From assembly GCA_001791305.1 (NCBI GenBank), contig MGEI01000003.1:112872-176871 (forward strand): 64,000 bases of DNA, read 5' to 3'. The DNA comes from Candidatus Uhrbacteria bacterium RIFCSPLOWO2_01_FULL_47_17. Lineage in GTDB: Bacteria; Patescibacteriota; Patescibacteriia; UBA9934; GWF2-40-263. Made by a program: the position numbers and the translations under genes. A model generated the notes under the pieces. It was not told the origin of the DNA, ran no database searches, and saw only the letters and a list, made by a program, of their open reading frames with translations. Below, in pieces: positions 38,053 through 47,960 of the stretch (the first letter of the stretch is position 1; each line of letters begins with the position of its first letter).

Positions 38053-39936
38053 ATGAAGATTTCTGACATTCGAAAGCACTATCTCACGTTTTTTGCGGAT
38101 CACGGACACGCCATTTTGCCGTCCGCCTCTTTGATTCCCGAAAATGACCCAACAACCTTATTTACTGGGTCCGGAATGCAACCCATGGTTTCCTATTTGC
38201 TCGGCGAACCACACCCACGCGGTGTGCGTATTGCAGATTCGCAAAAGTGTTTTCGTTCCCAAGATATTGATGAGGTGGGGGATAATCGTCACACAACGTT
38301 TTTTGAAATGCTCGGAAACTGGTCACTTGGAGATTATTTTAAGACAGAACAGATTACGTGGATGTTTGAGTTTCTCACAACAAACCTTGGACTCGATCCA
38401 AAGAATTTGTACGTAACCGTGTTTCGAGGAAATTCAGATCTGAATATTCCTCGTGATGAAGAATCTGCCGCGCTCTGGCAGAAGTTGTTTGCTTCGAAAG
38501 GAATCGAGGCGCAGATCGGTGAGAATGCGGAGCAAGACGGAATGAAATCTGGTGAGCGCATCTTTTATTACCCAGAAAAGAAAAACTGGTGGAGCAGAAC
38601 GGGAGTTCCATCTAACATGCCGGTTGGTGAACCAGGAGGTCCAGACACAGAAATGTTTTACGATTTCGGTTCTGAGAGAAATTTGCACGAAACATCGATT
38701 TGGATGAACGAGCCATGTCACGTCAACTGTGACTGTGGTCGCTTTGTTGAAATCGGTAACAATGTTTTCATGCAGTATGTGAAAACTGAAACGGGGTTTG
38801 AAGAGCTTAAACAAAGAAATGTGGATTTTGGTGGCGGACTAGAACGTATGGCTGCGGCCGTGAATGGGAATCCAGATGTTTTTCTGATCGACGCATTTGC
38901 ACCGGCTATTGCTGAACTTATACAGTTAAGCGGAAAGCAGTATGAGACCCATACGCATGCGTATCGCGTGATTCTTGATCACTTGCGAGCTGCAACGTTT
39001 TTAATTGGCGATGGTGTTTACCCATCAAACAAAGATCAGGGATATTTTGTGCGACGACTCATTCGACGTGCGGTGCGATTTGCACACCAACTTGGAATTG
39101 CAGAAAATGTGTGTTTAAAGATTGGTGCAACGTTTATTGCCATGTATGCGGATACATACCCATACATGTTGTCTTCGCAAGATGTCATTCTTGCTGAGCT
39201 TGAAAAAGAAGAAAAGAAATTTCAACAGACGTTGAAACAAGGAATGAAAAAGTTTGTGGAATTGCTTGTTCCAGACGGCAACAAAATTATTTCAGGAATC
39301 GATGCGTTCGATCTTGTCCAATCCTACGGATTTCCTGTCGAGCTTACCGAAGAGCTTGCAACGGAAAATGGGTTTACGGTTGACATGGAAACGTTTAAGA
39401 TAGAGAAAGAAAAACATCAAGCCCTTTCACGCGCAGGATCCGAGCAAAAATTTAAAGGTGGACTCGCGGATCACTCAGACATGAGCGTGAAGTACCACAC
39501 AGCAACACATTTGTTGCATCAAGCGCTCAGACAAGTTCTTGGCGATATGGTTGTCCAAAAGGGAAGCAACATAACGCCAGAACGTTTGCGATTTGATTTT
39601 CCGTATCCGACACGTCCAACAGATGATCAAATGAAACACGTCGAGGAGCTCGTAAACGATACCATCTCCAAAAAGTTACCGGTTCACTTTGAAATGCTTA
39701 CCTTGGATGAAGCCAAAACTCGCGGAGCCATTGGATTATTCGCCGATAAATACGCCGAAGTTGGTGACAAGGTAAAAGTTTACTTTGTGGGCGATGAAGC
39801 CATGGGGAACTCCTTCTCAAAGGAGGTTTGCGGCGGCCCACATGTCTCAAATACCTCTGAGCTCGGAAAATTCCAGATTCAGAAGGAAGAATCGATTGGT
39901 TCTGGACTGCGTCGAATTAAGGCCATTCTCACATAA
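38053..39936 (+). CDS. alaS: Alanine--tRNA ligase (short form without C-Ala domain)
   Basis: LFTGSGMQP, HTTFFEMLGNWS, DFGGGLER, HTATHLL, CGGPHV; start ATG 38053. Confidence 0.97.
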   Translation: MKISDIRKHYLTFFADHGHAILPSASLIPENDPTTLFTGSGMQPMVSYLLGEPHPRGVRIADSQKCFRSQDIDEVGDNRHTTFFEMLGNWSLGDYFKTEQITWMFEFLTTNLGLDPKNLYVTVFRGNSDLNIPRDEESAALWQKLFASKGIEAQIGENAEQDGMKSGERIFYYPEKKNWWSRTGVPSNMPVGEPGGPDTEMFYDFGSERNLHETSIWMNEPCHVNCDCGRFVEIGNNVFMQYVKTETGFEELKQRNVDFGGGLERMAAAVNGNPDVFLIDAFAPAIAELIQLSGKQYETHTHAYRVILDHLRAATFLIGDGVYPSNKDQGYFVRRLIRRAVRFAHQLGIAENVCLKIGATFIAMYADTYPYMLSSQDVILAELEKEEKKFQQTLKQGMKKFVELLVPDGNKIISGIDAFDLVQSYGFPVELTEELATENGFTVDMETFKIEKEKHQALSRAGSEQKFKGGLADHSDMSVKYHTATHLLHQALRQVLGDMVVQKGSNITPERLRFDFPYPTRPTDDQMKHVEELVNDTISKKLPVHFEMLTLDEAKTRGAIGLFADKYAEVGDKVKVYFVGDEAMGNSFSKEVCGGPHVSNTSELGKFQIQKEESIGSGLRRIKAILT

Positions 39937-40095
39937 TCACACCTTAATTTAGCCTAAAAAAGTTATCCTAGGTTATCCCCGGTTGATTTCTTGACACAAT
40001 TTAGCAAATAACATAAAATACCGGCGCCTCAGAAATCTATTTTTGCTTGCGATTAAGCGCAAAATCTGATAGCATTTCTTGAACCTAAAGTACCT

Positions 40096-40317
40096 ATGAG
40101 TCAGGACACAAAAGATTTTATTGAAATGCGAGGCACGGTAGAAGAACTTCTACCATCTGCAAATTTCAAAATCAAACTGGAAAATGGACAAACCATTACA
40201 GGTTACCTTTCTGGAAAAATGCGTAAATTTCGTATTCGCATTTTGCCGGGTGATGACGTAAAGGTTGAAATTAGTCCGTATGACCTTACAAAAGGTCGTG
40301 TCGTTTATCGTTTCTAA
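40096..40317 (+). CDS. infA: Translation initiation factor IF-1
   Basis: [26 protein letters not shown]. Confidence 0.98.
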   Translation: MSQDTKDFIEMRGTVEELLPSANFKIKLENGQTITGYLSGKMRKFRIRILPGDDVKVEISPYDLTKGRVVYRF

Positions 40318-40364
40318 TAAGATTCCAAAACTTCATCGAGCAACATCGATGGAGTTTATCGATT

Positions 40365-40478
40365 ATGAAAGTTCGAGCATCCGCAAAAAAAATTTGTAAA
40401 GACTGTAGCGTCACACGCCGAAAAGGTCGTGTGGTTGTCATTTGTAAAAATCCTAAACATAAGCAACGTCAGGGATAA
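40365..40478 (+). CDS. rpmJ: 50S ribosomal protein L36 (not in the ORF track)
   Basis: Translated by hand: [37 protein letters not shown]. Confidence 0.97.
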   Translation: MKVRASAKKICKDCSVTRRKGRVVVICKNPKHKQRQG

Positions 40479-40529
40479 GGTCGGATCGATCTTCTCTCCT
40501 TCTTACTTCTCTCTTCTTACTTTTCCCTT

Positions 40530-40916
40530 ATGGCACGTATCGCTGGAGTCAACATTCCACTCAACAAACATATTCGCATCTCACTTACCTATATTTATGG
40601 TGTGGGTCCCAGAACAGCCGCAAGCATTTTGAAGCAAGCGGGTGTGAAGGGCGATATCAAAACAAAGGATTTGACGGAAGATCAAGTCAAAGCCGTTCGT
40701 GACCTTGTAGAAAAAGGACGCCGATTGGAAGGTGACTTGCGTCGTGATGTTCTTTCAAACGTTAAGCGTTTGAAAGAAATCGGAGCGTATCGTGGCTCAC
40801 GTCACGCAAAACACTTGCCTGTACGTGGACAGAGAACTAAAACAAACTCACGAACTATTCGTGGTAACGTGCGAAAGACCACAGGAAGTGGTCGCCGTGC
40901 ATTGACCAAGACTTAA
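40530..40916 (+). CDS. rpsM: 30S ribosomal protein S13
   Basis: [29 protein letters not shown]. Confidence 0.98.
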   Translation: MARIAGVNIPLNKHIRISLTYIYGVGPRTAASILKQAGVKGDIKTKDLTEDQVKAVRDLVEKGRRLEGDLRRDVLSNVKRLKEIGAYRGSRHAKHLPVRGQRTKTNSRTIRGNVRKTTGSGRRALTKT

Positions 40917-40917
40917 T

Positions 40918-41313
40918 ATGGCTGCTGTCATCCAAACCAAATCAAAGAAAAAGAAAGTTGTGAAATCCGTTGCACAAGGCAACGCGTATGTTCAGGCTAC
41001 GTATAATAACACCATCGTGACTCTCACAGACTTGAATGGAAACACCCTTGCGTGGTCCAGTGCAGGAAACTGTGGATTCAAAGGACCAAAGAAAGCAACG
41101 CCTTATGCAGCAGGAATGATTGTGAAAGCCGCAGCTGACCGCGTCAAAGAAATTGGACTGAAGGAAATCAACGTATTTGTAAGAGGTGTCGGTGCTGGTC
41201 GCGATTCTGCGGTTCGTGCATTGAACGCAAACGGATTTCAAGTTCTCTCTATCAAAGATTTAACACCGCTTCCTCATAATGGTTGCCGTCCTCGTAAACC
41301 ACGTCGCGTCTAG
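40918..41313 (+). CDS. rpsK: 30S ribosomal protein S11
   Basis: ATYNNT, KATPYAA, TPLPHNGCRP. Confidence 0.98.
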   Translation: MAAVIQTKSKKKKVVKSVAQGNAYVQATYNNTIVTLTDLNGNTLAWSSAGNCGFKGPKKATPYAAGMIVKAAADRVKEIGLKEINVFVRGVGAGRDSAVRALNANGFQVLSIKDLTPLPHNGCRPRKPRRV

Positions 41314-41316
41314 TTT

Positions 41317-41928
41317 ATGGCAAAAAATAACACTCCCATCGTAAAACTCTCCCGTCGTCTTGGGATTGTGCTCGGCAAGGAAAAGTACGTCCGCCGACGC
41401 CAATATCCACCGGGTGTTCATGGTCCTAAACAAGGGAACCATCGCCGTATTTCTGGATACGGAGAGCAATTACTTGAAAAACAGAAAGCAAAAGCCGTTT
41501 ACGGACTTTTGGAAAAGCAATTCCGCAAATGTTTTGAAAAAGCTTCTCAACACAAAGGAAATACTTCTGAGTTCATGATTCAATTGCTCGAACAACGTCT
41601 TGATAACGTTATCTACCGTCTCGGTTTTGCAAAAACACGCAAACAGGCGCGTCAGATCGTTGGACATGGATTTGTTCTCGTGAACGGTCAATTGGTTGAT
41701 ATCCCTTCTTACCAAGTAAAGATTGGTGATGAAATTACCGTAAAGGAAAATAAAAAGGCAAAGGGTATCGTCAAAGCGATCGCAGAAATCAAAAAAGAAA
41801 ATCAAGTACCAAAATGGTTGAATGCAGATGCGGCTGCTCTGAAAGGAAAAGTCACAGGCGAGCCAACCATGGATGATGTGGAGAAAATGTTTGATCCACG
41901 GCTGATCGTCGAATTCTATTCTCGATAA
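41317..41928 (+). CDS. rpsD: 30S ribosomal protein S4
   Basis: PGVHG, QLLEKQK, RLDNVIYRLG, IVEFYSR. Confidence 0.98.
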   Translation: MAKNNTPIVKLSRRLGIVLGKEKYVRRRQYPPGVHGPKQGNHRRISGYGEQLLEKQKAKAVYGLLEKQFRKCFEKASQHKGNTSEFMIQLLEQRLDNVIYRLGFAKTRKQARQIVGHGFVLVNGQLVDIPSYQVKIGDEITVKENKKAKGIVKAIAEIKKENQVPKWLNADAAALKGKVTGEPTMDDVEKMFDPRLIVEFYSR

Positions 41929-41949
41929 ATCACTAAGGAGGTACGTCGT

Positions 41950-42669
41950 ATGGAGAACATTCTTCTTCCATCAAAAATTTCGTTCGAAAAGGGCGAACGA
42001 CCAAACGAAGGTGTTTTGGTTGTAGAACCATGCTTTTACGGCTATGGAACAACACTCGGAAACGCATTGCGTCGTGTGTTGCTTTCATCCTTGCCAGGAG
42101 CAGCGGTGACCGCCGTTAAGATGAAAGGTGTCACGCACGAATTTCAAGCGATTGAAAACGTGAAAGAGGACGCGCTTGAGATCATTTTGAACCTCAAGAC
42201 CCTTCGTCTCAAAGTATTTTCTGATGAACCTGTGACACTCAAACTGAGTGCGAGTGGGTTAAAAACCATTACCGCCGGAGACATTGCCCCAAATGCAGAT
42301 GTAGAAATCATGAACCCGGAACTGGTGATCGCACATCTCACAGACGCAAAGTCAACCTTTGAAATGGAACTCACGGCTCGTAAAGGTCGTGGATATTCCA
42401 CAACAGAAGAACGCGCGGGTGAGGCACATGATCTTGGAACCATCGCCATTGACGCTCTCTTTTCACCGGTTCGAAACGTTGGGTACCAAGTGGTCAATAC
42501 ACGTGTGGGCGATATCACCAACTATGATAAGCTCATCATGAACATTGAAACAGATGGAACCATCACTCCCGAAGCTGCGGTCGAACAATCCGCAAAGACC
42601 CTTATCGATTATTTTTCAATCCTTCTCAACACACAAACGGAAACAGCATCTGATTCAGATGCTTCCTAA
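41950..42669 (+). CDS. rpoA: RNA polymerase alpha subunit (N-terminal domain only)
   Basis: GYGTTLGNALRRVLLSS, IDALFSPV, YDKL..ETDGTI; ends at 239 aa. Confidence 0.96.
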   Translation: MENILLPSKISFEKGERPNEGVLVVEPCFYGYGTTLGNALRRVLLSSLPGAAVTAVKMKGVTHEFQAIENVKEDALEIILNLKTLRLKVFSDEPVTLKLSASGLKTITAGDIAPNADVEIMNPELVIAHLTDAKSTFEMELTARKGRGYSTTEERAGEAHDLGTIAIDALFSPVRNVGYQVVNTRVGDITNYDKLIMNIETDGTITPEAAVEQSAKTLIDYFSILLNTQTETASDSDAS

Positions 42670-42683
42670 TCCGGTTTACGTAT

Positions 42684-43034
42684 ATGCGCCATCGCAACGC
42701 CGTCAAAACTCTCGGAAGACGAACTTCCACTCGAAACGCTATGCTCACAAGCCTCGCGTCGAGTATTATTTTGCATGAAAAAGTCAAAACAACCGAGACA
42801 AAGGCGAAGGTTGTGCGCTCACTTGTGGAACGTTCCATCACAGATGGAAAGAAATCCACCCTTGCAACGCGCAGAAATTTGATGAAGCGATTTGCTTCAG
42901 AAAACCCCGTCAATAAAATTTTAGATGTTCTCGCGCCACGCTACATGGATCGTAACGGCGGATACACGCGTATCATCAAAATGGGAACACGCAGAGGGGA
43001 CGGCGCTCCTGTCGTACAAATTGAACTTGTCTAA
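42684..43034 (+). CDS. rplQ: 50S ribosomal protein L17
   Basis: MRHR..LGR, TTETKAK, RNGGYTRI, RRGDGA. Confidence 0.98.
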   Translation: MRHRNAVKTLGRRTSTRNAMLTSLASSIILHEKVKTTETKAKVVRSLVERSITDGKKSTLATRRNLMKRFASENPVNKILDVLAPRYMDRNGGYTRIIKMGTRRGDGAPVVQIELV

Positions 43035-43035
43035 T

Positions 43036-43398
43036 ATGAAGAAAGAACTTGACCGCAATATTCACACCATCGATGCGGATGGAAAAAGCCCTGGACGTCT
43101 TGCAACACAAGTCGTAGGCTTTTTGATGGGAAAAGGAAAAGCAACGTTTGTCCCAAACGTTGATGGTGGTGACCACGTTCAAGTGATCAACGCTTCAAAG
43201 ATGAACATCATCGGAAAGCGCCTGGAACAAAAGGAATACTATCGTCACACAGCGTACGCAAGCGGATTGCGCACAACAAGCATGAAAAAAGTGTGGGCGG
43301 ATAATCCAGGTGACGTCTTGGTTCGCGCGGTCTCACGCATGTTGCCAAAGAATTCACATCGCCAGAGCCGCTTGAAGCGCCTCGTCGTCAAGAACTAA
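43036..43398 (+). CDS. rplM: 50S ribosomal protein L13 (short form)
   Basis: IDADG..PGRLAT, GDHVQVINA, AVSRMLPKN. Confidence 0.96.
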   Translation: MKKELDRNIHTIDADGKSPGRLATQVVGFLMGKGKATFVPNVDGGDHVQVINASKMNIIGKRLEQKEYYRHTAYASGLRTTSMKKVWADNPGDVLVRAVSRMLPKNSHRQSRLKRLVVKN

Positions 43399-43399
43399 T

Positions 43400-43804
43400 A
43401 TGACAGAACAAGCAACAAAATTTATTGGAGCCGTTGGACGACGCAAATGCGCTGTTGCGCAAGTTCGCCTTCATCATGGTGGATCTGGAAAGATCACTAT
43501 TAATGATCGTGAGCTCGAAAAATACCTTCCAACAACCATCCAACATCAAACCGTGAAATCTCCTCTCGTTTTGACGGGAACAGAAAACATGTTTGATGTG
43601 CAGATCGTTGTGAAAGGTGGAGGACAAGCCGGCCAAGCGGACAGTATCCGACTTGGAATTGCGCGCGCCCTTGTTGACTTCAACCCAGAATACAAAACCG
43701 TTTTGAAAAAACAAGGTATGATGACACGTGATGCTCGCATCCGTGAACGTAAAAAATTCGGAAAAAAGTCCGCGCGTCGATCCCCACAATGGTCAAAGCG
43801 TTAG
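43400..43804 (+). CDS. rpsI: 30S ribosomal protein S9
   Basis: GRRK, GGG..GQA, TRDAR..ERKK, QWSKR. Confidence 0.98.
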   Translation: MTEQATKFIGAVGRRKCAVAQVRLHHGGSGKITINDRELEKYLPTTIQHQTVKSPLVLTGTENMFDVQIVVKGGGQAGQADSIRLGIARALVDFNPEYKTVLKKQGMMTRDARIRERKKFGKKSARRSPQWSKR

Positions 43805-43808
43805 AAAG

Positions 43809-43837
43809 AAAAATCCTGCTTTCGGGCGGGATTTTTT
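43809..43837 (+). terminator. Terminator of the ribosomal protein operon
   Basis: AAAAATCCTGC-tttcg-GCGGGATTTTTT. Confidence 0.75.
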
Positions 43838-43877
43838 GTTTTACAGTTCGATCTTTTTTTGTTATCCTTGTCCATAC

Positions 43878-45326
43878 ATGTCACAGAATCTTGCAAAAAA
43901 TACGGCGTTTATGACCATGGCTTCGGTTGGACAAAAGCTTGTTGCGTTTGTCTATTTTTTGTTTCTGGCGCGGGTCATGATGCCAGAAAAGACGGGAATT
44001 TTTTTTCTGGCAACTTCCATCATTACCATGTTTTCTGTCTTTACCGATTTGGGACTGACATCCATTGCGATTCGAGAAATCTCGAAGTGTCCTGAGGTAC
44101 GCGAGCATGTTGTTCGTCGAGCAATTGCCCTGAAGCTTATCCTGACATTTTTAACTGTCGTTGTCGTCTTTTTTGCGACGCCATTTTTTCAATACAGTTC
44201 GGAAATCACGTACCTTATTTTACTCACAAGCATTGTCATGATCGCCGATTCGCTGGCACTTCTTTGTTATGGGATTTTACGCGCCTCTCAAAATCTTCGT
44301 TATGAGGCATTGGGAATGTTTGTCAGTCAGTTGATTACGGTGCTTGTGGGTGGAATTTCGCTCATCATTCAGCCTGATGTTCGTTTTTTGATTCTCGCGC
44401 TTATTTTCGGAAGTGTCTCAACGCTTGTTATTTCTGCGTGGCAAGTTGTTTCTTTATACGGATGGCGATTACTGCTTCCATCTTGGGATAAAGAAGCTCA
44501 GTGGAGCATGATAAAAATCATGATTCCGTTTGCTCTTGCTGGTATTTTCACCAAAATTTATAGCACCCTTGATGTTGTGTTGATTTCAAAACTCATGAGC
44601 ACAACAGCAGTTGGAATTTATTCTGTTGCATACAAGTTCACCTACGCGTTTCAATTTTTGCCGCTCGCATTCGCCGCAGCTCTTTATCCAAGCCTGAGTT
44701 CTACCATTGAACATAATAAACAAGCGACGGCGCAAACATTTTCTCGTGCGGTTTGGTATATTCTTCTTATGGCAACACCAATCGTTTTTGGTGTTTGGCT
44801 GCTTGCTCCAGAAATGATCCAATTAACAGGAGACGGATACACCGAATCTGCGGTTGTTCTGCGTTCACTTATTTTCGTTCTTTTTCCATCTTTTCTTGAA
44901 ATTCCATTTGGTGCAATTCTCAATGCTTCAGACAGACAATCTTCGCGCATGAAAATTATGGGGGTTGCCATGGTTGTAAATGTCTTTCTGGATCTGTTAT
45001 TGATTCCACCATTCGGTCTTCTTGGTGTGGTGATTGGTTCGCTCATCAGTTATTTCCTGATGATTATTCTTGAATATATTGTTGTTTCAAAGTTTCTTCC
45101 TCATGTTTTTGATCGTCCTTTTTTTCTTCGTTCATCAGGCACGCTCGCGAGCGGTCTTGTCATGCTTACAAGTGGACTTATTATGAAAATCTGGTTTCAT
45201 TGGTTGCTTGTGATTCCATGTGCTGCCTTGGTGTATATCACAGTTCTTCTTCTTACACGTTCTGTCACGAAACAAGATGTTTCTCTCATCCGATCTCTTT
45301 TTAAAAAATCCGCACCGCTTGTATGA
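43878..45326 (+). CDS. wzx: Polysaccharide flippase (Wzx-like)
   Basis: LAKNT, DLGL...IRE, VGIYSVAYK; about 12-14 TM. Confidence 0.88.
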   Translation: MSQNLAKNTAFMTMASVGQKLVAFVYFLFLARVMMPEKTGIFFLATSIITMFSVFTDLGLTSIAIREISKCPEVREHVVRRAIALKLILTFLTVVVVFFATPFFQYSSEITYLILLTSIVMIADSLALLCYGILRASQNLRYEALGMFVSQLITVLVGGISLIIQPDVRFLILALIFGSVSTLVISAWQVVSLYGWRLLLPSWDKEAQWSMIKIMIPFALAGIFTKIYSTLDVVLISKLMSTTAVGIYSVAYKFTYAFQFLPLAFAAALYPSLSSTIEHNKQATAQTFSRAVWYILLMATPIVFGVWLLAPEMIQLTGDGYTESAVVLRSLIFVLFPSFLEIPFGAILNASDRQSSRMKIMGVAMVVNVFLDLLLIPPFGLLGVVIGSLISYFLMIILEYIVVSKFLPHVFDRPFFLRSSGTLASGLVMLTSGLIMKIWFHWLLVIPCAALVYITVLLLTRSVTKQDVSLIRSLFKKSAPLV

Positions 45327-46411
45327 GTGATCGTGATCTTCTCCTCATTACCCCAGATTTTCTTCCAAGCCGCGGTGGTGTCGCGCGCTATTTAGGGTTG
45401 TTCGCGGAATACTTCTCAAAACGTATTCGTGTTGTTGCGTCCCCACTCGAGAGTATGCCCGATATCGTTGTGCCTTATCTGCTCGAGCGCAAACCACTGC
45501 TTTCGAAACGCGTCTGGCCGCGATGGATGACTTCTGTAATGCTTCTTGTTCGAGAATCCAAAACGTATCGAGTTGTCATCATAAGTCATGTTATTCCGTT
45601 TGGAACGGCTGCAATGGTTGCGAAATGGTTTACAAAGAAACCCTATATTGTCATCACGCACGGGATGGATGTGCGGCTTGCGGTACGTTCAAAAAAGTCA
45701 CTGACAACGCGCGTGCTTTCAAACGCTTATCTTGTGATTGCAAATTCAAATGCCCTTGCGCAAGAATTACAACAAACGTTTGGACTGAAAAATATCCTCA
45801 CACTCTATCCGTCTGTTGATCCAGCATTCGTCTCGAATGCAACGAAAACAGCATCTGAGGTATTTACCTTGTTGAGTGTGAGTCGACTTGTTGATCGCAA
45901 AGGGCACGAACGCGTTTTGCAAGCGCTTGCGCTCTTGAAATTAAACGGATCCCTTTTGCAATTTCGTTATGTGATTGTTGGCGATGGTCCTATGCGTAGT
46001 GCCCTCGAGACACTCGCAATCGAACTTGAACTTGGTTCGAACGTTGAATTCAAGGGTGATGTTTCAGATACAGAACTTCAAACTACATACAGTACTGCGG
46101 ATGTGTTTGTGTTACCCGTAAAGAATGATCCGATCGATAAAGAAGGATTTGGGATGGTGTATCTCGAAGCGGCGGCGTATGGAGTTCCGTCTATTGCGAC
46201 GCGCATGAGTGGAGTTGATGAAGCGGTGCTTGATAAACAAACGGGCCTTCTTGTTGAAGATGGAAATATTGAAGCGCTCGCCGGTTCGATCCTATCACTT
46301 GCCAATGATCAAGTGCTTCGAGAACAGTTTGGATCCGCTGCTCGAGCACGTGTGGTAACAGAATTCACACCTGCCGCTCAATTTTCAAAGCTTGAGCCGT
46401 ATCTCGTATGA
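45323..46411 (+). CDS. Glycosyltransferase family 4
   Basis: GGVARY, SRLVDRKG, EGFGMVYLEA. Confidence 0.92.
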   Translation: MSDRDLLLITPDFLPSRGGVARYLGLFAEYFSKRIRVVASPLESMPDIVVPYLLERKPLLSKRVWPRWMTSVMLLVRESKTYRVVIISHVIPFGTAAMVAKWFTKKPYIVITHGMDVRLAVRSKKSLTTRVLSNAYLVIANSNALAQELQQTFGLKNILTLYPSVDPAFVSNATKTASEVFTLLSVSRLVDRKGHERVLQALALLKLNGSLLQFRYVIVGDGPMRSALETLAIELELGSNVEFKGDVSDTELQTTYSTADVFVLPVKNDPIDKEGFGMVYLEAAAYGVPSIATRMSGVDEAVLDKQTGLLVEDGNIEALAGSILSLANDQVLREQFGSAARARVVTEFTPAAQFSKLEPYLV

Positions 46412-47118
46412 ACCAAACGATTTCACTCATCATTCCAACGTACCAACACGCATCAACTCTTGTTCGATGTCTGGATTCGATTTTTGCACAGACTCGGAAG
46501 CCTGATGAAGTCATTGTGGTCGATGACGGATCGACGGATAACACACAGGAAGTTTTAAAATCGTACCGTGATCGTGTTCAGGTTGTTGTTCAGGCGAATC
46601 AAGGGGCACCAAGAGCCCGCAATCATGGATTTGAGAAATCAATAGGTTCTCTTGTCATGTTCTGTGATGCGGATGTAGAGATGAGACCTGAGATGCTCGC
46701 CGAGCTTGAACGCGCGCTAGAAACGCATTCTGATGCGTCCTATGCGTACTCTGGATTCGAGTGGGGGTGGAAAGCGTTCACATCGTTTCCGTTTGACGCA
46801 GTTCGACTGAAACAGATGAACTTCATTCACACCTCGACCCTGATCCGGCGCGAAAAGTTTCCGATGTTTGATACGTCGTTAAAACGTTTTCAGGACTGGG
46901 ATCTCTGGCTCACAATGCTCGAACATGGATCAAAGGGAACATTCGTCGATAAAAATCTTTTTCTCGTGATTCAAGAAGATCGCCCGGAGCGTATGTCTAA
47001 TTGGTTGCCATCGCTCATCATTCGGTTTCCATGGAAGCATATCGGCTGGATGCCAAAGCGTGTACGGAAGTATCAGGAGGCAAAAAAGATTATTCTCGAG
47101 AAACACCACATTGTATGA
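46408..47118 (+). CDS. Glycosyltransferase family 2
   Basis: IIPTY, VDDGSTD, ARNHG, CDAD, QDWDLW. Confidence 0.92.
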   Translation: MNQTISLIIPTYQHASTLVRCLDSIFAQTRKPDEVIVVDDGSTDNTQEVLKSYRDRVQVVVQANQGAPRARNHGFEKSIGSLVMFCDADVEMRPEMLAELERALETHSDASYAYSGFEWGWKAFTSFPFDAVRLKQMNFIHTSTLIRREKFPMFDTSLKRFQDWDLWLTMLEHGSKGTFVDKNLFLVIQEDRPERMSNWLPSLIIRFPWKHIGWMPKRVRKYQEAKKIILEKHHIV

Positions 47119-47960
47119 TCAGTACGATCACGGTCAATTATAAAACCGCCGATTATCTCGAGACACTCCTCGACTCGTTGTTTGCGTTTCATCCAGTCGG
47201 AAGTGTTGAAGTGATTGTGGTTGAGAATGGATCTGGGGATGATCTGTCGAGATTGCAAGCGAAGTTTCCGCAAGTTAAATTCATTTACAGCGAAAAAAAT
47301 TTAGGATTTGCGGGTGGCTGCAACCTCGGTGCACAGACGGCAACAGGGGATTTCTTGTTGCTGTTGAATCCGGATGTTATTTTTGTCGATGATGCGCTGA
47401 CTCAGATCAAAAAAGCCATGCGAGAGAATCCAGACGTTGGCGTCGGTGGAATTTCACTTAAAAACCTAGATGGCACACAACAAGCATGTGTGTGGCGATT
47501 TCCAACCCCACTCGATCAACTGTTGCTCCTCGCAAAAGTTCCGCATCTCATTCCATCGATCAAGCCCGTGGCGAAATGGCGCATGGCCGACTTCGATTAC
47601 ATGAAGTCGCAAGATGTCGACCAAGTGATGGGCGCGTTCTTTTGTATTCGTCGTGATGTATTTGAGAAGTTGGCGGGTCTTGATGACGGATTTTTTCTTT
47701 GGTATGAAGAAGTGGATTTTGCAAAACGCACAAAGGATGCGGGATATCGTGTGCGTTACTTCTCGAACATTCAGGCGAAACACAAGAAGGGAAGCAGCTT
47801 TGAGCGCATCACAACCTATCGAAAACAAGAAATGGTTCGCCGCAGCCTTCGTCGCTATATGCGCAAACATTATGGATTCGGTGTCTGGTTGTTGTTTACG
47901 ATCCTCAATCCTGTCTTTGTAGTCCTCGGCTACGCAGCTGCAATCATCAAACCCTTATGA
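47115..47960 (+). CDS. Glycosyltransferase family 2 (rhamnosyltransferase-like)
   Basis: NLGFAGGCN, LLNPD, FFLWYEEVD; start ATG 47115. Confidence 0.9.
   Translation: MISTITVNYKTADYLETLLDSLFAFHPVGSVEVIVVENGSGDDLSRLQAKFPQVKFIYSEKNLGFAGGCNLGAQTATGDFLLLLNPDVIFVDDALTQIKKAMRENPDVGVGGISLKNLDGTQQACVWRFPTPLDQLLLLAKVPHLIPSIKPVAKWRMADFDYMKSQDVDQVMGAFFCIRRDVFEKLAGLDDGFFLWYEEVDFAKRTKDAGYRVRYFSNIQAKHKKGSSFERITTYRKQEMVRRSLRRYMRKHYGFGVWLLFTILNPVFVVLGYAAAIIKPL

Noticed and set aside
38053-39936. AlaRS lacking the C-Ala domain as a pseudogene or novelty
   Set aside because: Catalytic and editing domains are intact, and short AlaRS forms are known in reduced genomes
39955-39985. TTATCC repeats resembling DnaA boxes upstream of infA
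   Set aside because: Only two poor matches (TTATCCTAG, TTATCCCCG); not enough to call oriC
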